From: Acidobacteriota bacterium
GTDB lineage: Bacteria > Acidobacteriota > Thermoanaerobaculia > Multivoradales > JAGPDF01
Length of the DNA stretch: 64,000 nucleotides
Reading direction: 5' to 3'
Assembly: GCA_045862895.1 (NCBI GenBank)
Contig: BTUO01000001.1
Coordinates: forward strand, 998,890-1,062,889
A program made the position numbers and the translations under genes. This document shows, piece by piece, positions 8,818 through 17,959 of this stretch (positions within the stretch are counted from its first letter, which is position 1; each line of letters starts with the position of its first letter). A model generated the notes under the pieces. That model was not told where the DNA came from, searched no databases, and saw only the letters and a list, made by a program, of their open reading frames with translations.

Positions 8818-11276
8818 TCCTGCGCGAGCATCGGCACAAGCCGCAGGGCCTCGCCGACCTCCTGAACTGGGCCGCCCTGGTTGGCGAGGGGATCGCCGTC
8901 AACAAGGACGGCTCGTTCCTTGCCGGCTGGAGCTACACCGGTCCCGACCTCGACGCCGCCACGGCCGAGGAGCTGGCGCTTCTCTCGCAGCACTTCAACC
9001 AGGCGCTCCTGCCGCTCGGCGACGAGTGGCTCCTGAACGCCGACGCCATCCGGCGGCCGAGCCGCGACTACCCGCCGCCGGGTCCCTTCCCGGACCCGGT
9101 CTCGGAGCTCCTCGACGAGGAGCGCCGCGAGCAGTACGAGTCGGGCCGCCGCAACTTCGAGACGACCTACACCCTCTGCGTTTCGTGGCTGCCGCCCGAC
9201 GAACTCCAGTCGAGCCTTGCGCGCTGGTTCATCAGCGGCGAGGACCGCAAGGGGCCGGACTGGCGGGCCCAGGTCGACACCTTCGTCGACCGGCTGGAGG
9301 ACATCGAGGATCGCCTCTCGGCGTCGCTGGCGCTCACCCGCCTCACGTCCGAGGCGCTGCTGACGCACCTGCACACCTGCCTGACCGGGCTCTACCACCG
9401 CGTCTCGGTGCCCGACACGCCCTGCTACCTCGACGTCCTGCTCGCGTCGCAGGACCTCTACGGCGGATTCAGTCCGCGGGTCGGCGACCGGCACCTCCGG
9501 GCGATCTCGGTCACGGGCTTCCCCCACGAGTCGCACCCCGCGATGTTCGACTTCCTCCACCGCATCCCGATGGAGTACCGGCTCTCCCATCGCTTCCTGC
9601 CGCTCGACCCCGAGTCGGCCGCCAAGCACATCCGGCTCTACCGCCGAAACTGGTGGCAGAAGCGAAAAGGCCTCGGCGGGCTGATCAAGGAGGCGATCAC
9701 CACCGAGGAGAAGGCGGCGGAGCCGAAGTTCCTGAACCGCGACGCCGTCCGCATGGCGGAAGACGCGGACGAGGCGCTCGCCGAGTGTCTCGGGGGAGCG
9801 GTCCGGTACGGCTTCTACACGACCGCCATCGTCCTGATGAACGAGGACGAGGCCGCCGTCGAGGTCGCGGCGCGCCAGGTGCTGAAGGAGATCCACAACC
9901 GCGGCTTCGCGGCGCGGATCGAGCGCGTCAACGCCCTCGAGGCGTTCCGTTCGAGCCTGCCGTCGCACGCTCATCCGAACGTCCGCCGGCCGCTCATCAG
10001 TACGCTCAACCTCGCCGACCTCCTGCCGACGACGAGCGTCTGGCCGGGCCTGCCGACCAATCCTTGCGGGTACTACCCGACGGGGAGCCCGGCGCTCCTC
10101 TGGGCGGCGACCAGCGGCTCGACTCCGTTTCGCCTGAACCTCCACGTCTCGGACGTCGGGCACACCCTGGTACTCGGGCCGACCGGAGCGGGCAAGAGCA
10201 CGCTTCTGGGTCTCATCCAGGCGCAGTTCTTCCGCTACCCGGACGCCCAGGTCTTCACCTTCGACAAGGGCTACTCGTCGTTCCCGCTGGTCGCCGCCTG
10301 CGGCGGTCATCACTACGACATCGCCGCCGAATCGCTCGACGCCCTGGCCTTCTACCCACTCGCCGAGATCGATCGGCCGGCGGAGCGGACCTGGGCCGCG
10401 GAGTGGATCGAGACCCTCATGGCTCTGCAGGGCGTCGTCGTCACGCCGGCTCACCGCGGCGCGATCGACCACGCTCTCGGCCTACTGGCCGTCTCGCCGT
10501 CCCGCACGCTCACCGACCTTCAGGTGAAGCTCCAGGACCCGAACCTCCGCCAAGCCCTCCGCCCCTACACGCTGAAGGGCAACTTCGGCGCCCTGCTCGA
10601 CGCGCAGAGCGACGGTCTTCGCGAGGGCCGCTTCCAGGTCTTCGAGATGTCGCACCTGATGGAGCTCGGCGACCGCATCGTCATCCCGGCGCTCCTCTAC
10701 CTCTTCCACCGGATCGAGCAGCGGCTCGACGGGCGGCCGACGCTGATCATTCTCGAGGAGGCCTGGACCTACCTCCTCCACGAGCTCTTCGCCGAGCGGA
10801 TCCAGCTCTGGCTCAAGGAACTTCGCAAGTACAACGCCGCCGTCGTATTCGTGACGCAGAGCCTCGCCGACATCCACGCCTCGTCGAAGCGCCACGTCAT
10901 CTACGAGAGCTGCCCGACCAAGATCCTGCTCCCGAACAGCGAGGCGGGCTCCGAGCAGGGCGCCGCGATCTACCGCGCGATCGGTCTCAACGAGCGGGAG
11001 ATCGAGATCGTCGCCCAGAGTGCCAAAAAGCGCGACTACTACTACACCTCGCCGCTCGGCAACCGCCTGATGGACCTCACCCTCGGGCCGCTCGCGCTGG
11101 CTTTCGTCGGCGCCACCGGCCGCGAGGACCTCCGCGCGATCCGCGAGCTGCGGGCGATGTACGGCCCGGAGTGGCCGCGTGCCTGGGTGCGCCAGCGCGG
11201 ACTCGACCGCTGGGCGGACCAGTTGGCCGACCGATCGAGTGACCGCAACGAAAGGAGCCTCGCATGCGCCGGCTGA
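8814..11276 (+). CDS. trbE: T4SS ATPase TrbE (VirB4)
   Basis: 820 aa with Walker A LVLGPTGAGKSTLLGLIQ and the conserved C-terminal VirB4 region. The alternative-frame ORF 8720-11242 and the antisense ORF 8748-10472 are rejected. Confidence 0.9.
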   Translation: MILREHRHKPQGLADLLNWAALVGEGIAVNKDGSFLAGWSYTGPDLDAATAEELALLSQHFNQALLPLGDEWLLNADAIRRPSRDYPPPGPFPDPVSELLDEERREQYESGRRNFETTYTLCVSWLPPDELQSSLARWFISGEDRKGPDWRAQVDTFVDRLEDIEDRLSASLALTRLTSEALLTHLHTCLTGLYHRVSVPDTPCYLDVLLASQDLYGGFSPRVGDRHLRAISVTGFPHESHPAMFDFLHRIPMEYRLSHRFLPLDPESAAKHIRLYRRNWWQKRKGLGGLIKEAITTEEKAAEPKFLNRDAVRMAEDADEALAECLGGAVRYGFYTTAIVLMNEDEAAVEVAARQVLKEIHNRGFAARIERVNALEAFRSSLPSHAHPNVRRPLISTLNLADLLPTTSVWPGLPTNPCGYYPTGSPALLWAATSGSTPFRLNLHVSDVGHTLVLGPTGAGKSTLLGLIQAQFFRYPDAQVFTFDKGYSSFPLVAACGGHHYDIAAESLDALAFYPLAEIDRPAERTWAAEWIETLMALQGVVVTPAHRGAIDHALGLLAVSPSRTLTDLQVKLQDPNLRQALRPYTLKGNFGALLDAQSDGLREGRFQVFEMSHLMELGDRIVIPALLYLFHRIEQRLDGRPTLIILEEAWTYLLHELFAERIQLWLKELRKYNAAVVFVTQSLADIHASSKRHVIYESCPTKILLPNSEAGSEQGAAIYRAIGLNEREIEIVAQSAKKRDYYYTSPLGNRLMDLTLGPLALAFVGATGREDLRAIRELRAMYGPEWPRAWVRQRGLDRWADQLADRSSDRNERSLACAG

Positions 11277-12073
11277 AGCACATCGTCGTCGCTTGTCTCT
11301 GCCTCAGTCTGGTCGCGGGCCTCGTGACCCCTCGTCCGGCGAAGGCGCAGTGGCTGGTCTACGACGCCGTCAACTGGATCGAGAACGCCACGCAGGTGAT
11401 CCAGCAGGTCTACGAGATCTACCAGCAGTACGAGCAGCTCATCAACGACTACCAGCGCTACGCGACGATGGTGAAGAACCTGGAGCGCTTCGACGAGCTC
11501 TCCTTCCGGAGCCTCGTGGGGCTGGCCGTGGCGGTGAACGACATCATCCAGTACGGCGAGTCGCTCGGCCACACCCTGGACGACATCGACGCCCAGTTCG
11601 CCGAGACGTTCCCGGGCTACGAGCCGATCCTCGAAGAGGGCTGGCTGGAGATCTTCGAGCATCGCAACCGCCGCACGCTCGACACGCTGCGCTACTCGCT
11701 CAACGCGCTTCACCGGATCTCCTGGGAGTCGGTTCCGTCGCAGCACATCCTCGAACGGCTCGCCGCCGACGCCGAGGCCGCGGACGGCAACGTCGAGGCG
11801 CTGCAGGCCGCCAACGAGTTCCTGCACCACCAAGCCGGCGAGCTCGCCGAGATCAGCCAGCAGCTCTCGCTCCAGACCAACGTCCAGACGGTCTACTGGG
11901 CCTACCAGCTCGACCGCGAGGCGTCGGACCGCGCTACGACCAGTCAGTGGATCGTCAACGGGGTCGCCGAAGTGCCGCCTTACGACGGCGCCGGCGGGTC
12001 GCGCGGCGTTCCCGCCGACTGGCCATGGGCCTGCTACGGCTGCACGCGCTCGGCAGGCAGGGGGTCGCGATGA
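11264..12073 (+). CDS. trbJ: TrbJ (VirB5-like)
   Basis: Signal peptide MRRLKHIVVACLCLSLVAGLV followed by a coiled-coil-rich region. An RBS AAAGGAG sits upstream and the gene is in the Ti-type trb order (E-J-K-L). Confidence 0.65.
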   Translation: MRRLKHIVVACLCLSLVAGLVTPRPAKAQWLVYDAVNWIENATQVIQQVYEIYQQYEQLINDYQRYATMVKNLERFDELSFRSLVGLAVAVNDIIQYGESLGHTLDDIDAQFAETFPGYEPILEEGWLEIFEHRNRRTLDTLRYSLNALHRISWESVPSQHILERLAADAEAADGNVEALQAANEFLHHQAGELAEISQQLSLQTNVQTVYWAYQLDREASDRATTSQWIVNGVAEVPPYDGAGGSRGVPADWPWACYGCTRSAGRGSR

Positions 12074-12480
12074 GGGCTTCATTCCTGTCCGGTCTCACAG
12101 CCATTGCGCTGGCGAGCCTGCTGGCTGCGGGTTGCGGTCAGGCCACCGCCGAGGAGCTCGCCAACGGAGATGACCCGCTTACCGCGCTCCGCTCGCCGGT
12201 TCGGTCGGCCCGCTACGACGGGGCCTTCTGGAACCGCGAGGCGGTCCGGTCGACCGACCTCTGGGCAGACGCGGTCGCCTACTGTCGGACGCCCGGCAAC
12301 TCCGCGGCTCCGAACTGCCAGACCGTCGGGCTCGTCCTCTCGACGATCGAGCTCGAGAAGGCAGCGAAGGAGGCGAAGCGCCAGCTCCAGATTCTCCTCG
12401 AGCAGAGCAAGCACTTGGGGCCGCTTCCCCCCGTTCGCCCCGGTCGGCGCTCCGGCGCAGCGCCCGGCGGGCAGGACTAA
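12070..12480 (+). CDS. trbK: TrbK-like lipoprotein (putative entry exclusion)
   Basis: Lipobox LLAAGCG. A small gene between trbJ and trbL, overlapping the trbJ stop (ATGA). The assignment rests on position only. Confidence 0.4.
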   Translation: MRASFLSGLTAIALASLLAAGCGQATAEELANGDDPLTALRSPVRSARYDGAFWNREAVRSTDLWADAVAYCRTPGNSAAPNCQTVGLVLSTIELEKAAKEAKRQLQILLEQSKHLGPLPPVRPGRRSGAAPGGQD

Positions 12481-12486
12481 GGCGAT

Positions 12487-13308
12487 ATGCCAGTCCTCGG
12501 CATCCTGGACGGCATCGTCCAGACCTTCGAGCTCGCCACGCAGACGTGGTTCACGACGCTTTTCCCGATCGCGCAGAACCTCTTCTTCGCGCTCATGGTC
12601 ATCCAGATCGCCTGGGTCGGGATCTGGTCGACGCTCGGCCGGCACGAAGGCGGCGAGCAGGTGCTCGTCCACATCCTCCGCCAGGTCTTCGTCCTGTCGA
12701 TTCTCTACACGGTGCTCGTCTTCTCCCCGATCTGGGTGCCCACGGTGATTGGCTCGTTCGAACAGGCCGGCGCCGCGGCCGGCGGTATCGACGGCATCAA
12801 CCCGTCGTCGGTCTTCTCCGGAGGGTTCCTGCTCGCACTCGGCCTGCTCGACGGGCTCAACAACTGGGGCCTGCTCAACCCGATCACCGGGCCGATGATT
12901 CTGTTCACCTGCCTGACGCTCATCCTCTGCTACGCCTGGATGGCCGGAATGCTTCTCGTCTACTTGGTCGAGAGCTACATCGTCCTCGGCGGCGGCGTGG
13001 TGCTCCTCGGTTTCGGCGGCTCGCGGTTCACTGCCGGGCTCGCCGACGGCTACCTCGTCTACGTCTTCCGGGTCGGCGTGAAGCTCTTCGTCGCCTATCT
13101 CATTCTCGGCATCGCCGGCTCGCTCGCCGCGCAGTGGGCGGGGATGCTCAACGCCGTCGCGCTCGACAATCCCGGGCCGCTCTTCGAGGTCCTCGGTGGC
13201 GCTGTCGTGCTCGCGCTCGTCACCACCAAGGTGCCGATGTTCGCAAGCCAGATGCTGGGCGCAGGCCCTGGCTTCAGCCTGCGCTCCCTGTTCGTGGAGG
13301 GTCAATGA
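12487..13308 (+). CDS. trbL: TrbL (VirB6) integral membrane protein
   Basis: Polytopic hydrophobic protein, 273 aa, in the VirB6 position. The antisense ORF 12079-13305 is rejected. Confidence 0.65.
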   Translation: MPVLGILDGIVQTFELATQTWFTTLFPIAQNLFFALMVIQIAWVGIWSTLGRHEGGEQVLVHILRQVFVLSILYTVLVFSPIWVPTVIGSFEQAGAAAGGIDGINPSSVFSGGFLLALGLLDGLNNWGLLNPITGPMILFTCLTLILCYAWMAGMLLVYLVESYIVLGGGVVLLGFGGSRFTAGLADGYLVYVFRVGVKLFVAYLILGIAGSLAAQWAGMLNAVALDNPGPLFEVLGGAVVLALVTTKVPMFASQMLGAGPGFSLRSLFVEGQ

Positions 13309-13997
13309 AGCTGAACCGATTTCTCCGGCGCGACCGCGCCGGCTCGGAGCCGACGCCCGAGGATCCGAGCCTCGCTCGGGGACGTCGCGAATGGGCCGAC
13401 CGTTACGCCGGCCTCTCGCGCGGGAAGCGCAACTGGCAGCTCGCGGCGATCGGCCTTCTCGCGGTGGACGGCATCCTGTCCGTCGGCTTCATCCACCTCG
13501 CGAGCCAGAGTCGTATCTCGCCGTTCGTCGTCGAGGTCGACCGGCTCGGCCAGGCCGTGGCTTTCGGGCCGGCCGAGCAGCTCCGCAAGACGGACGAGCG
13601 CCTGATCCGCTACCAACTCAACCTCTTCATCCGGGACGTGCGCTCGGTCTTCTCGGATAGCGAGGTCCAGAAGACCGTGATCAATCGCGCTTACGGCCAC
13701 GCCAAGGACGGCGCGCTCGGCTTCCTCAACGACTACTTCAAGAGGAGCAACCCGTTCCTGCGCGAGGCCGAGGGCACGGTCGCCGTGCAGGTGCAGTCCG
13801 TGCTCCGTCTCTCGGCGTCGAGCTGGCAGGTGCAGTGGCGGGAGACCCAGATCGCCCAAGGTGGCCGGATCCTCTCGGAAACCGCCTGGCAGGCGGTGCT
13901 CGGCGTCGAGCTGACACCGCCGGAGACCACCGACGTGCTGCTCGTCAACCCTCTCGGCCTCTACGTCACCGAGATCAATTGGACGCAATCCCTGTGA
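13305..13997 (+). CDS. trbF: TrbF (VirB8)
   Basis: N-terminal TM (WQLAAIGLLAVDGILSVGFI) followed by a periplasmic NTF2-like domain. The ATG overlaps the trbL stop. Confidence 0.7.
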   Translation: MKLNRFLRRDRAGSEPTPEDPSLARGRREWADRYAGLSRGKRNWQLAAIGLLAVDGILSVGFIHLASQSRISPFVVEVDRLGQAVAFGPAEQLRKTDERLIRYQLNLFIRDVRSVFSDSEVQKTVINRAYGHAKDGALGFLNDYFKRSNPFLREAEGTVAVQVQSVLRLSASSWQVQWRETQIAQGGRILSETAWQAVLGVELTPPETTDVLLVNPLGLYVTEINWTQSL

Positions 13998-14008
13998 GGA
14001 GAACTTCG

Positions 14009-14935
14009 ATGTCCCGATGCTCGACGTCTCAGCCCAAGCGCTTCGCAATCACCTGTCTCGCCGTTCTCGGAACCTTTGGTGCTCTCGGCACGGGCGCCGC
14101 GAACGCCGGGTCGCGCCCCGACGCGGCCGTCCGGGAGGCGACCCAGCAGTACGCCACGACCGGCAAGGCGCCAGTCATCGAGCGCAGCGATTCAGTGGTC
14201 TATCCCTTCGGCGAGAGCCAGCCGGTGCTCCAGTGCACGCCGCTCCGGGCCTGTGACGTCGAGCTCGAGGCGGGAGAGGTCGTCCACGGCGTGGCCCTGG
14301 GCGACACCGAGCGCTGGATCTCGAGTCCGCTCTATTCGGGCGATCCGGACGCGCTCGTACCGCATGTGGTGGTGAAGCCGCGCGACTACGGCATCAGCAC
14401 CAACATGATCGTCACCACGACCCGCCGGACCTACCACCTCAACCTGGTCGCGCCGGCGAAGGGGAAGAGCGAGGACGCCGAAGGCGCCTACCTCCGGCGG
14501 GTGCGCTTCTACTACCCGGGTGACGTCGTGGAGCAGTGGTCCGACGCCGCGCAGCTCGAGTCCGCTCGCGCCAGCCGGAAGAGCGAGGCGACGATCGCGA
14601 GCCTCACCGGCGCTATGAACCCGGGCCGCATGAACTTCGACTACGCGGTCTCCGGCGGCGTCTTCACCGGCTTCCGGCCTACCACGATCTTCGACGACGG
14701 GCATCACACCTACATTCAGCTCCCCGCGGGTGCCGCGGCCGTCGACGCGCCGGCCTTCCTCGCTCGCACGGAGTCGGGCGAGGAGGCGATCCTCAACTAC
14801 CGGATGACCGGTTCCTGGATCGTCGTCGACGGGCTCTTCGAGCGCGGAGAGCTGGTGAGCGGTGTCGGCCGGTCCCGCAAGGCGGTGAAGATCGCGAACC
14901 GAGGCTTCGCTCGCGTGGCGGCGGGGGGCCGCTGA
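14009..14935 (+). CDS. trbG: TrbG (VirB9)
   Basis: Signal peptide followed by a VirB9/CagX-like beta-rich sequence (YHLNLVAP..., ...THTYIQLP). Confidence 0.75.
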   Translation: MSRCSTSQPKRFAITCLAVLGTFGALGTGAANAGSRPDAAVREATQQYATTGKAPVIERSDSVVYPFGESQPVLQCTPLRACDVELEAGEVVHGVALGDTERWISSPLYSGDPDALVPHVVVKPRDYGISTNMIVTTTRRTYHLNLVAPAKGKSEDAEGAYLRRVRFYYPGDVVEQWSDAAQLESARASRKSEATIASLTGAMNPGRMNFDYAVSGGVFTGFRPTTIFDDGHHTYIQLPAGAAAVDAPAFLARTESGEEAILNYRMTGSWIVVDGLFERGELVSGVGRSRKAVKIANRGFARVAAGGR

Positions 14936-16206
14936 TGGAGACGACGACCCCACCGGCCGAGCCGAGGGAGGCGGAGCTCGAGCTCACGCCACGGCCCCGA
15001 ATCAAGAAGCTCAGCTCGGCGATCGTCTGGATCGCCGCCATCTTCGCGGTCGCCGTGCTCTGGCTCGTCGGCTACCTCGTGAGCTCCAAGGCGCGCCGGC
15101 CGAACCAGGAGCGGCGCGCCGCCTCCGTTCCGCCGCCGGTGGACGACCTCGCCGAGCGGATCCAGCGAGCAGCCGAACGGGAGGCGAAGCTCGCCGCAGA
15201 ACAGGCCGCGATCGCACGCGGCCGGCAGTTCGGGTCCTCCCGCGACCTGCCCCCCGGCTTCGAGCAGCTGCTCGCGGAGCAGGAGCATCCCCTGGTGGCG
15301 GGTCCGCCCGTGGACACCTACGGACGCGAGTACGCTCGCGGTGGCGCCGGGGAGACCTCCACGGCGCGTTCACCGCTCCAGCGCGCCCTCGACTCCGACC
15401 TGGTGCCGACGGCGTTTCGCTCGACCAGTCCGAGGGCGGCTTCGACACCCCATCGGCCCGACGCGGAGGGGTTGGACGGCGGCGTGGCAGGGCCTCCGGA
15501 TCTCGCGTCTCTTCGCGCCGAGCTGGTGCGAGCCGTCGAGGCCAAGGTCGCGCCACCAGCCGAGCCGCCAGGGAAGCCCGCTCCGGGCACGCTGCACCCG
15601 GCGGGCTCGCCGTTCCGAATCTCAGCCGGCGCGCTCATCCCCGCGGTCCTCACCGCCGGGATCAACTCCGACCTGCCGGGTCAGACGACCGCGCTCGTCC
15701 GTCGCAACGTCTACGACAGCCGGACCGGGCGCTACCTGCTCGTCCCGCAGGGCAGCCGCCTGGTCGGCGAGTACGACAGCCGCGTCGCGTTCGGCCAGAG
15801 CCGGGTGTTCGTCGCCTGGAACCGTCTGATCTTCCCGGACGGCCGTTCGCTCGACCTCGCGGGCATGCAGGGAGCGGACGTCGCCGCGGCGGCCGGGCTT
15901 CGCGACCGGGTGAACAACCATTTCGTCCGCACCTTCGGCAGCGCGCTTTTGATCGCCGCCGTCTCGGCTGGCGTGCAGCTCTCGCAGCCCGACGACGACG
16001 GCAACTTCCAGTCCGGCCCCACGCCCTCGCAGCTCGCGGCGGCGGCCGTCGGCCAGGAGCTCGGCCGCGTCGCCACCGAGTACCTGCGCCGCAACCTCGA
16101 CGTCCGTCCGACGATCGAGGTCCGGCCCGGCTACGAGCTGAACGTCGAGGTCACCGCCGACCTAGACCTGCCCGGCCCCTACGAGCAGGCGCTCGCGTCG
16201 AATTGA
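14935..16206 (+). CDS. trbI: TrbI (VirB10)
   Basis: TM anchor, a Pro-rich linker and a conserved C-terminal VirB10 domain (RRNVYDSRTGRYLLVPQGSRLVGEYDS...FVAWNRLIFPDGRS). The ATG overlaps the trbG stop. Confidence 0.75.
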   Translation: METTTPPAEPREAELELTPRPRIKKLSSAIVWIAAIFAVAVLWLVGYLVSSKARRPNQERRAASVPPPVDDLAERIQRAAEREAKLAAEQAAIARGRQFGSSRDLPPGFEQLLAEQEHPLVAGPPVDTYGREYARGGAGETSTARSPLQRALDSDLVPTAFRSTSPRAASTPHRPDAEGLDGGVAGPPDLASLRAELVRAVEAKVAPPAEPPGKPAPGTLHPAGSPFRISAGALIPAVLTAGINSDLPGQTTALVRRNVYDSRTGRYLLVPQGSRLVGEYDSRVAFGQSRVFVAWNRLIFPDGRSLDLAGMQGADVAAAAGLRDRVNNHFVRTFGSALLIAAVSAGVQLSQPDDDGNFQSGPTPSQLAAAAVGQELGRVATEYLRRNLDVRPTIEVRPGYELNVEVTADLDLPGPYEQALASN

Positions 16207-16943
16207 GGCACGGCATGCGCATCGTCACGGTGACCAACCAGAAGGGGGGAGTGGGGAAGACGACGCTCGTCTGCCACCTCGCTCTCGCCGGCGTGGAGCG
16301 CGGGCTGCGCACTCTGGTGGTCGACCTCGACACGCAGGGGAACGCCAGCACGATGCTGGCGCGCGACGCGGCCGTCGCCCAGCAGCCGGGTGGCGCCGCC
16401 GCGCTCTTCGCGGAGGCTCCGATCGCGCCGGCGGTCACGCCGAATGGCCTCCACCTGCTCCACGGTCACCAGCGGCTTGACGAGGTTGACCAGCGGGTCG
16501 GCCTCGCGGACGCGACGCGCGTGCGCGACCGCCTGCGGGCGCTCCCCTATGACTTGGTGGTGATCGACACGCCGCCGGCGATCGGGCTCCGCCACCTTGG
16601 GCCGCAAGTCTGGGCCGATCTGGTCGTGACGCCGCTCGAGCCGAACAGCTTCTCTCTGCTCGCGCTCGGGCAGACGCTCGCCACGATCGAAGAGATTCGG
16701 GCGATCCGCCCGGGGCTCGAGAACCGCATCCTCATCAACCGCTTCACACGATCTTCCGGCCAGCAGAACCGCTACATCGAGCTGCTCGGCGAGCACGTGC
16801 CGCTGACGCGGCCGTTTCTGACCCTGCGCGTCGCCGTTTCGGACGCGCTCGATGAAGGGGTCCCGGTCTGGCGCTTCCGCCGCGCCGACCGCGAGACCCG
16901 GGAGACTTGGATGGAACTGTGCGGAGGGCTGATCGGTGGCTGA
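16203..16943 (+). CDS. parA: ParA partition ATPase
   Basis: Deviant Walker A MRIVTVTNQKGGVGKTTLVCHLA. Confidence 0.8.
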   Translation: MRHGMRIVTVTNQKGGVGKTTLVCHLALAGVERGLRTLVVDLDTQGNASTMLARDAAVAQQPGGAAALFAEAPIAPAVTPNGLHLLHGHQRLDEVDQRVGLADATRVRDRLRALPYDLVVIDTPPAIGLRHLGPQVWADLVVTPLEPNSFSLLALGQTLATIEEIRAIRPGLENRILINRFTRSSGQQNRYIELLGEHVPLTRPFLTLRVAVSDALDEGVPVWRFRRADRETRETWMELCGGLIGG

Positions 16944-17877
16944 GAGAACAGAGGCAACCCTGGGCATGAGCTCGCTGGATCGCCTGCGCGAGCTCAAGGA
17001 GGAAACCGAGCGCCGCCAGGCGGGAGGCCGCCGGCGGGTGGTCGATCTCCCGGTCGTCGAGGTTCACCCCGACCCGCGCCAGGTCCGCAGCGACTTCGCC
17101 GCCGACGTCCTGAGCGCCGAGGATCAGGAGGACCTCGAGGGCCTCGCGCGCAATATCGCGGCCATCGGCATCCACAACCCGATCCACGTTCGACCCGACG
17201 CCGAGGGCGGCTACGTCATCATTTCCGGCGAGCGCCGCTGGCGTGCCGCAGGGATCGCCGGCCTGGAGACCGTCCCTTGCCTCGTCGCCGCCGAGGGCGA
17301 GCTCGACGCGGGGCGCAACACACTCACCCAGCTCTCGGAGAACCTCCAGCGTTCGAACCTCAAGCTCCTCGACGTCGGCAACGCGCTCAAGCGCTGCCTC
17401 GACGAGACCGGCCTCGGCCAGGCAGAGCTGGCCAAGGAGTTGGGGAAGTCGAAGTCGTGGGTGTCGAAGTACCTCGCGCTGCTGAAGGCGGAAGGGCCGT
17501 TTCGGGCGGCGCTCGATGAGGGCCTTCTCGGTAATCCGGAAACGGCCCGGATGTTCGGGCGGCTCGATAGCCGACTTCAAGAGCGACTCCTCCGAAGCGC
17601 TAGGAAGGCGAACGAGCCCATCGGCCACGCTGAAGTCGTGAAGCTCGACCGGCGAGGGAGAGACGTGGCCGAGACACCTCTGCTCTCCAAAGGCCAGGAG
17701 GCAGAACATAAGCCTGTGCAGGCCGAGGCACCAGAGGAGGAGACCGGTGGCTACCTCGTTCGGCTTTCCTCAGCGCAGCTGAATGAACTCATCAGGCGCC
17801 TCGGGGGAACGCCGCAGGCATCGGATGATCTGGTTGACGTCCTCCTGACGCTACTCGCGCCTCCAACGAGCGCTTAA
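16936..17877 (+). CDS. parB: ParB partition protein (ParB/Spo0J N-terminal domain + HTH)
   Basis: ParB box GERRWRAAGIAGLETVPCLV and HTH region ELAKELGKSKSWVSKYLAL. Confidence 0.8.
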   Translation: MAERTEATLGMSSLDRLRELKEETERRQAGGRRRVVDLPVVEVHPDPRQVRSDFAADVLSAEDQEDLEGLARNIAAIGIHNPIHVRPDAEGGYVIISGERRWRAAGIAGLETVPCLVAAEGELDAGRNTLTQLSENLQRSNLKLLDVGNALKRCLDETGLGQAELAKELGKSKSWVSKYLALLKAEGPFRAALDEGLLGNPETARMFGRLDSRLQERLLRSARKANEPIGHAEVVKLDRRGRDVAETPLLSKGQEAEHKPVQAEAPEEETGGYLVRLSSAQLNELIRRLGGTPQASDDLVDVLLTLLAPPTSA

Positions 17878-17959
17878 GCCATTCGGTGAGGTTCCAGCGA
17901 TCTGCCGAGACGGTAGGGCACAGAGGGCTAGAATCGGTTCAGCCCTGGAACGCCCACTA

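Noticed and set aside
8720-11242. 840-aa plus-strand ORF in an alternative frame of trbE, and the 574-aa antisense ORF 8748-10472
   Set aside because: Both have Arg/Pro/Gly-rich low-complexity composition. The 8814 frame carries the VirB4 Walker motifs.
12079-13305. 408-aa antisense ORF opposite trbK/trbL
   Set aside because: Extreme Glu/Asp/Arg low-complexity translation, and it is antisense to well-supported membrane protein genes.
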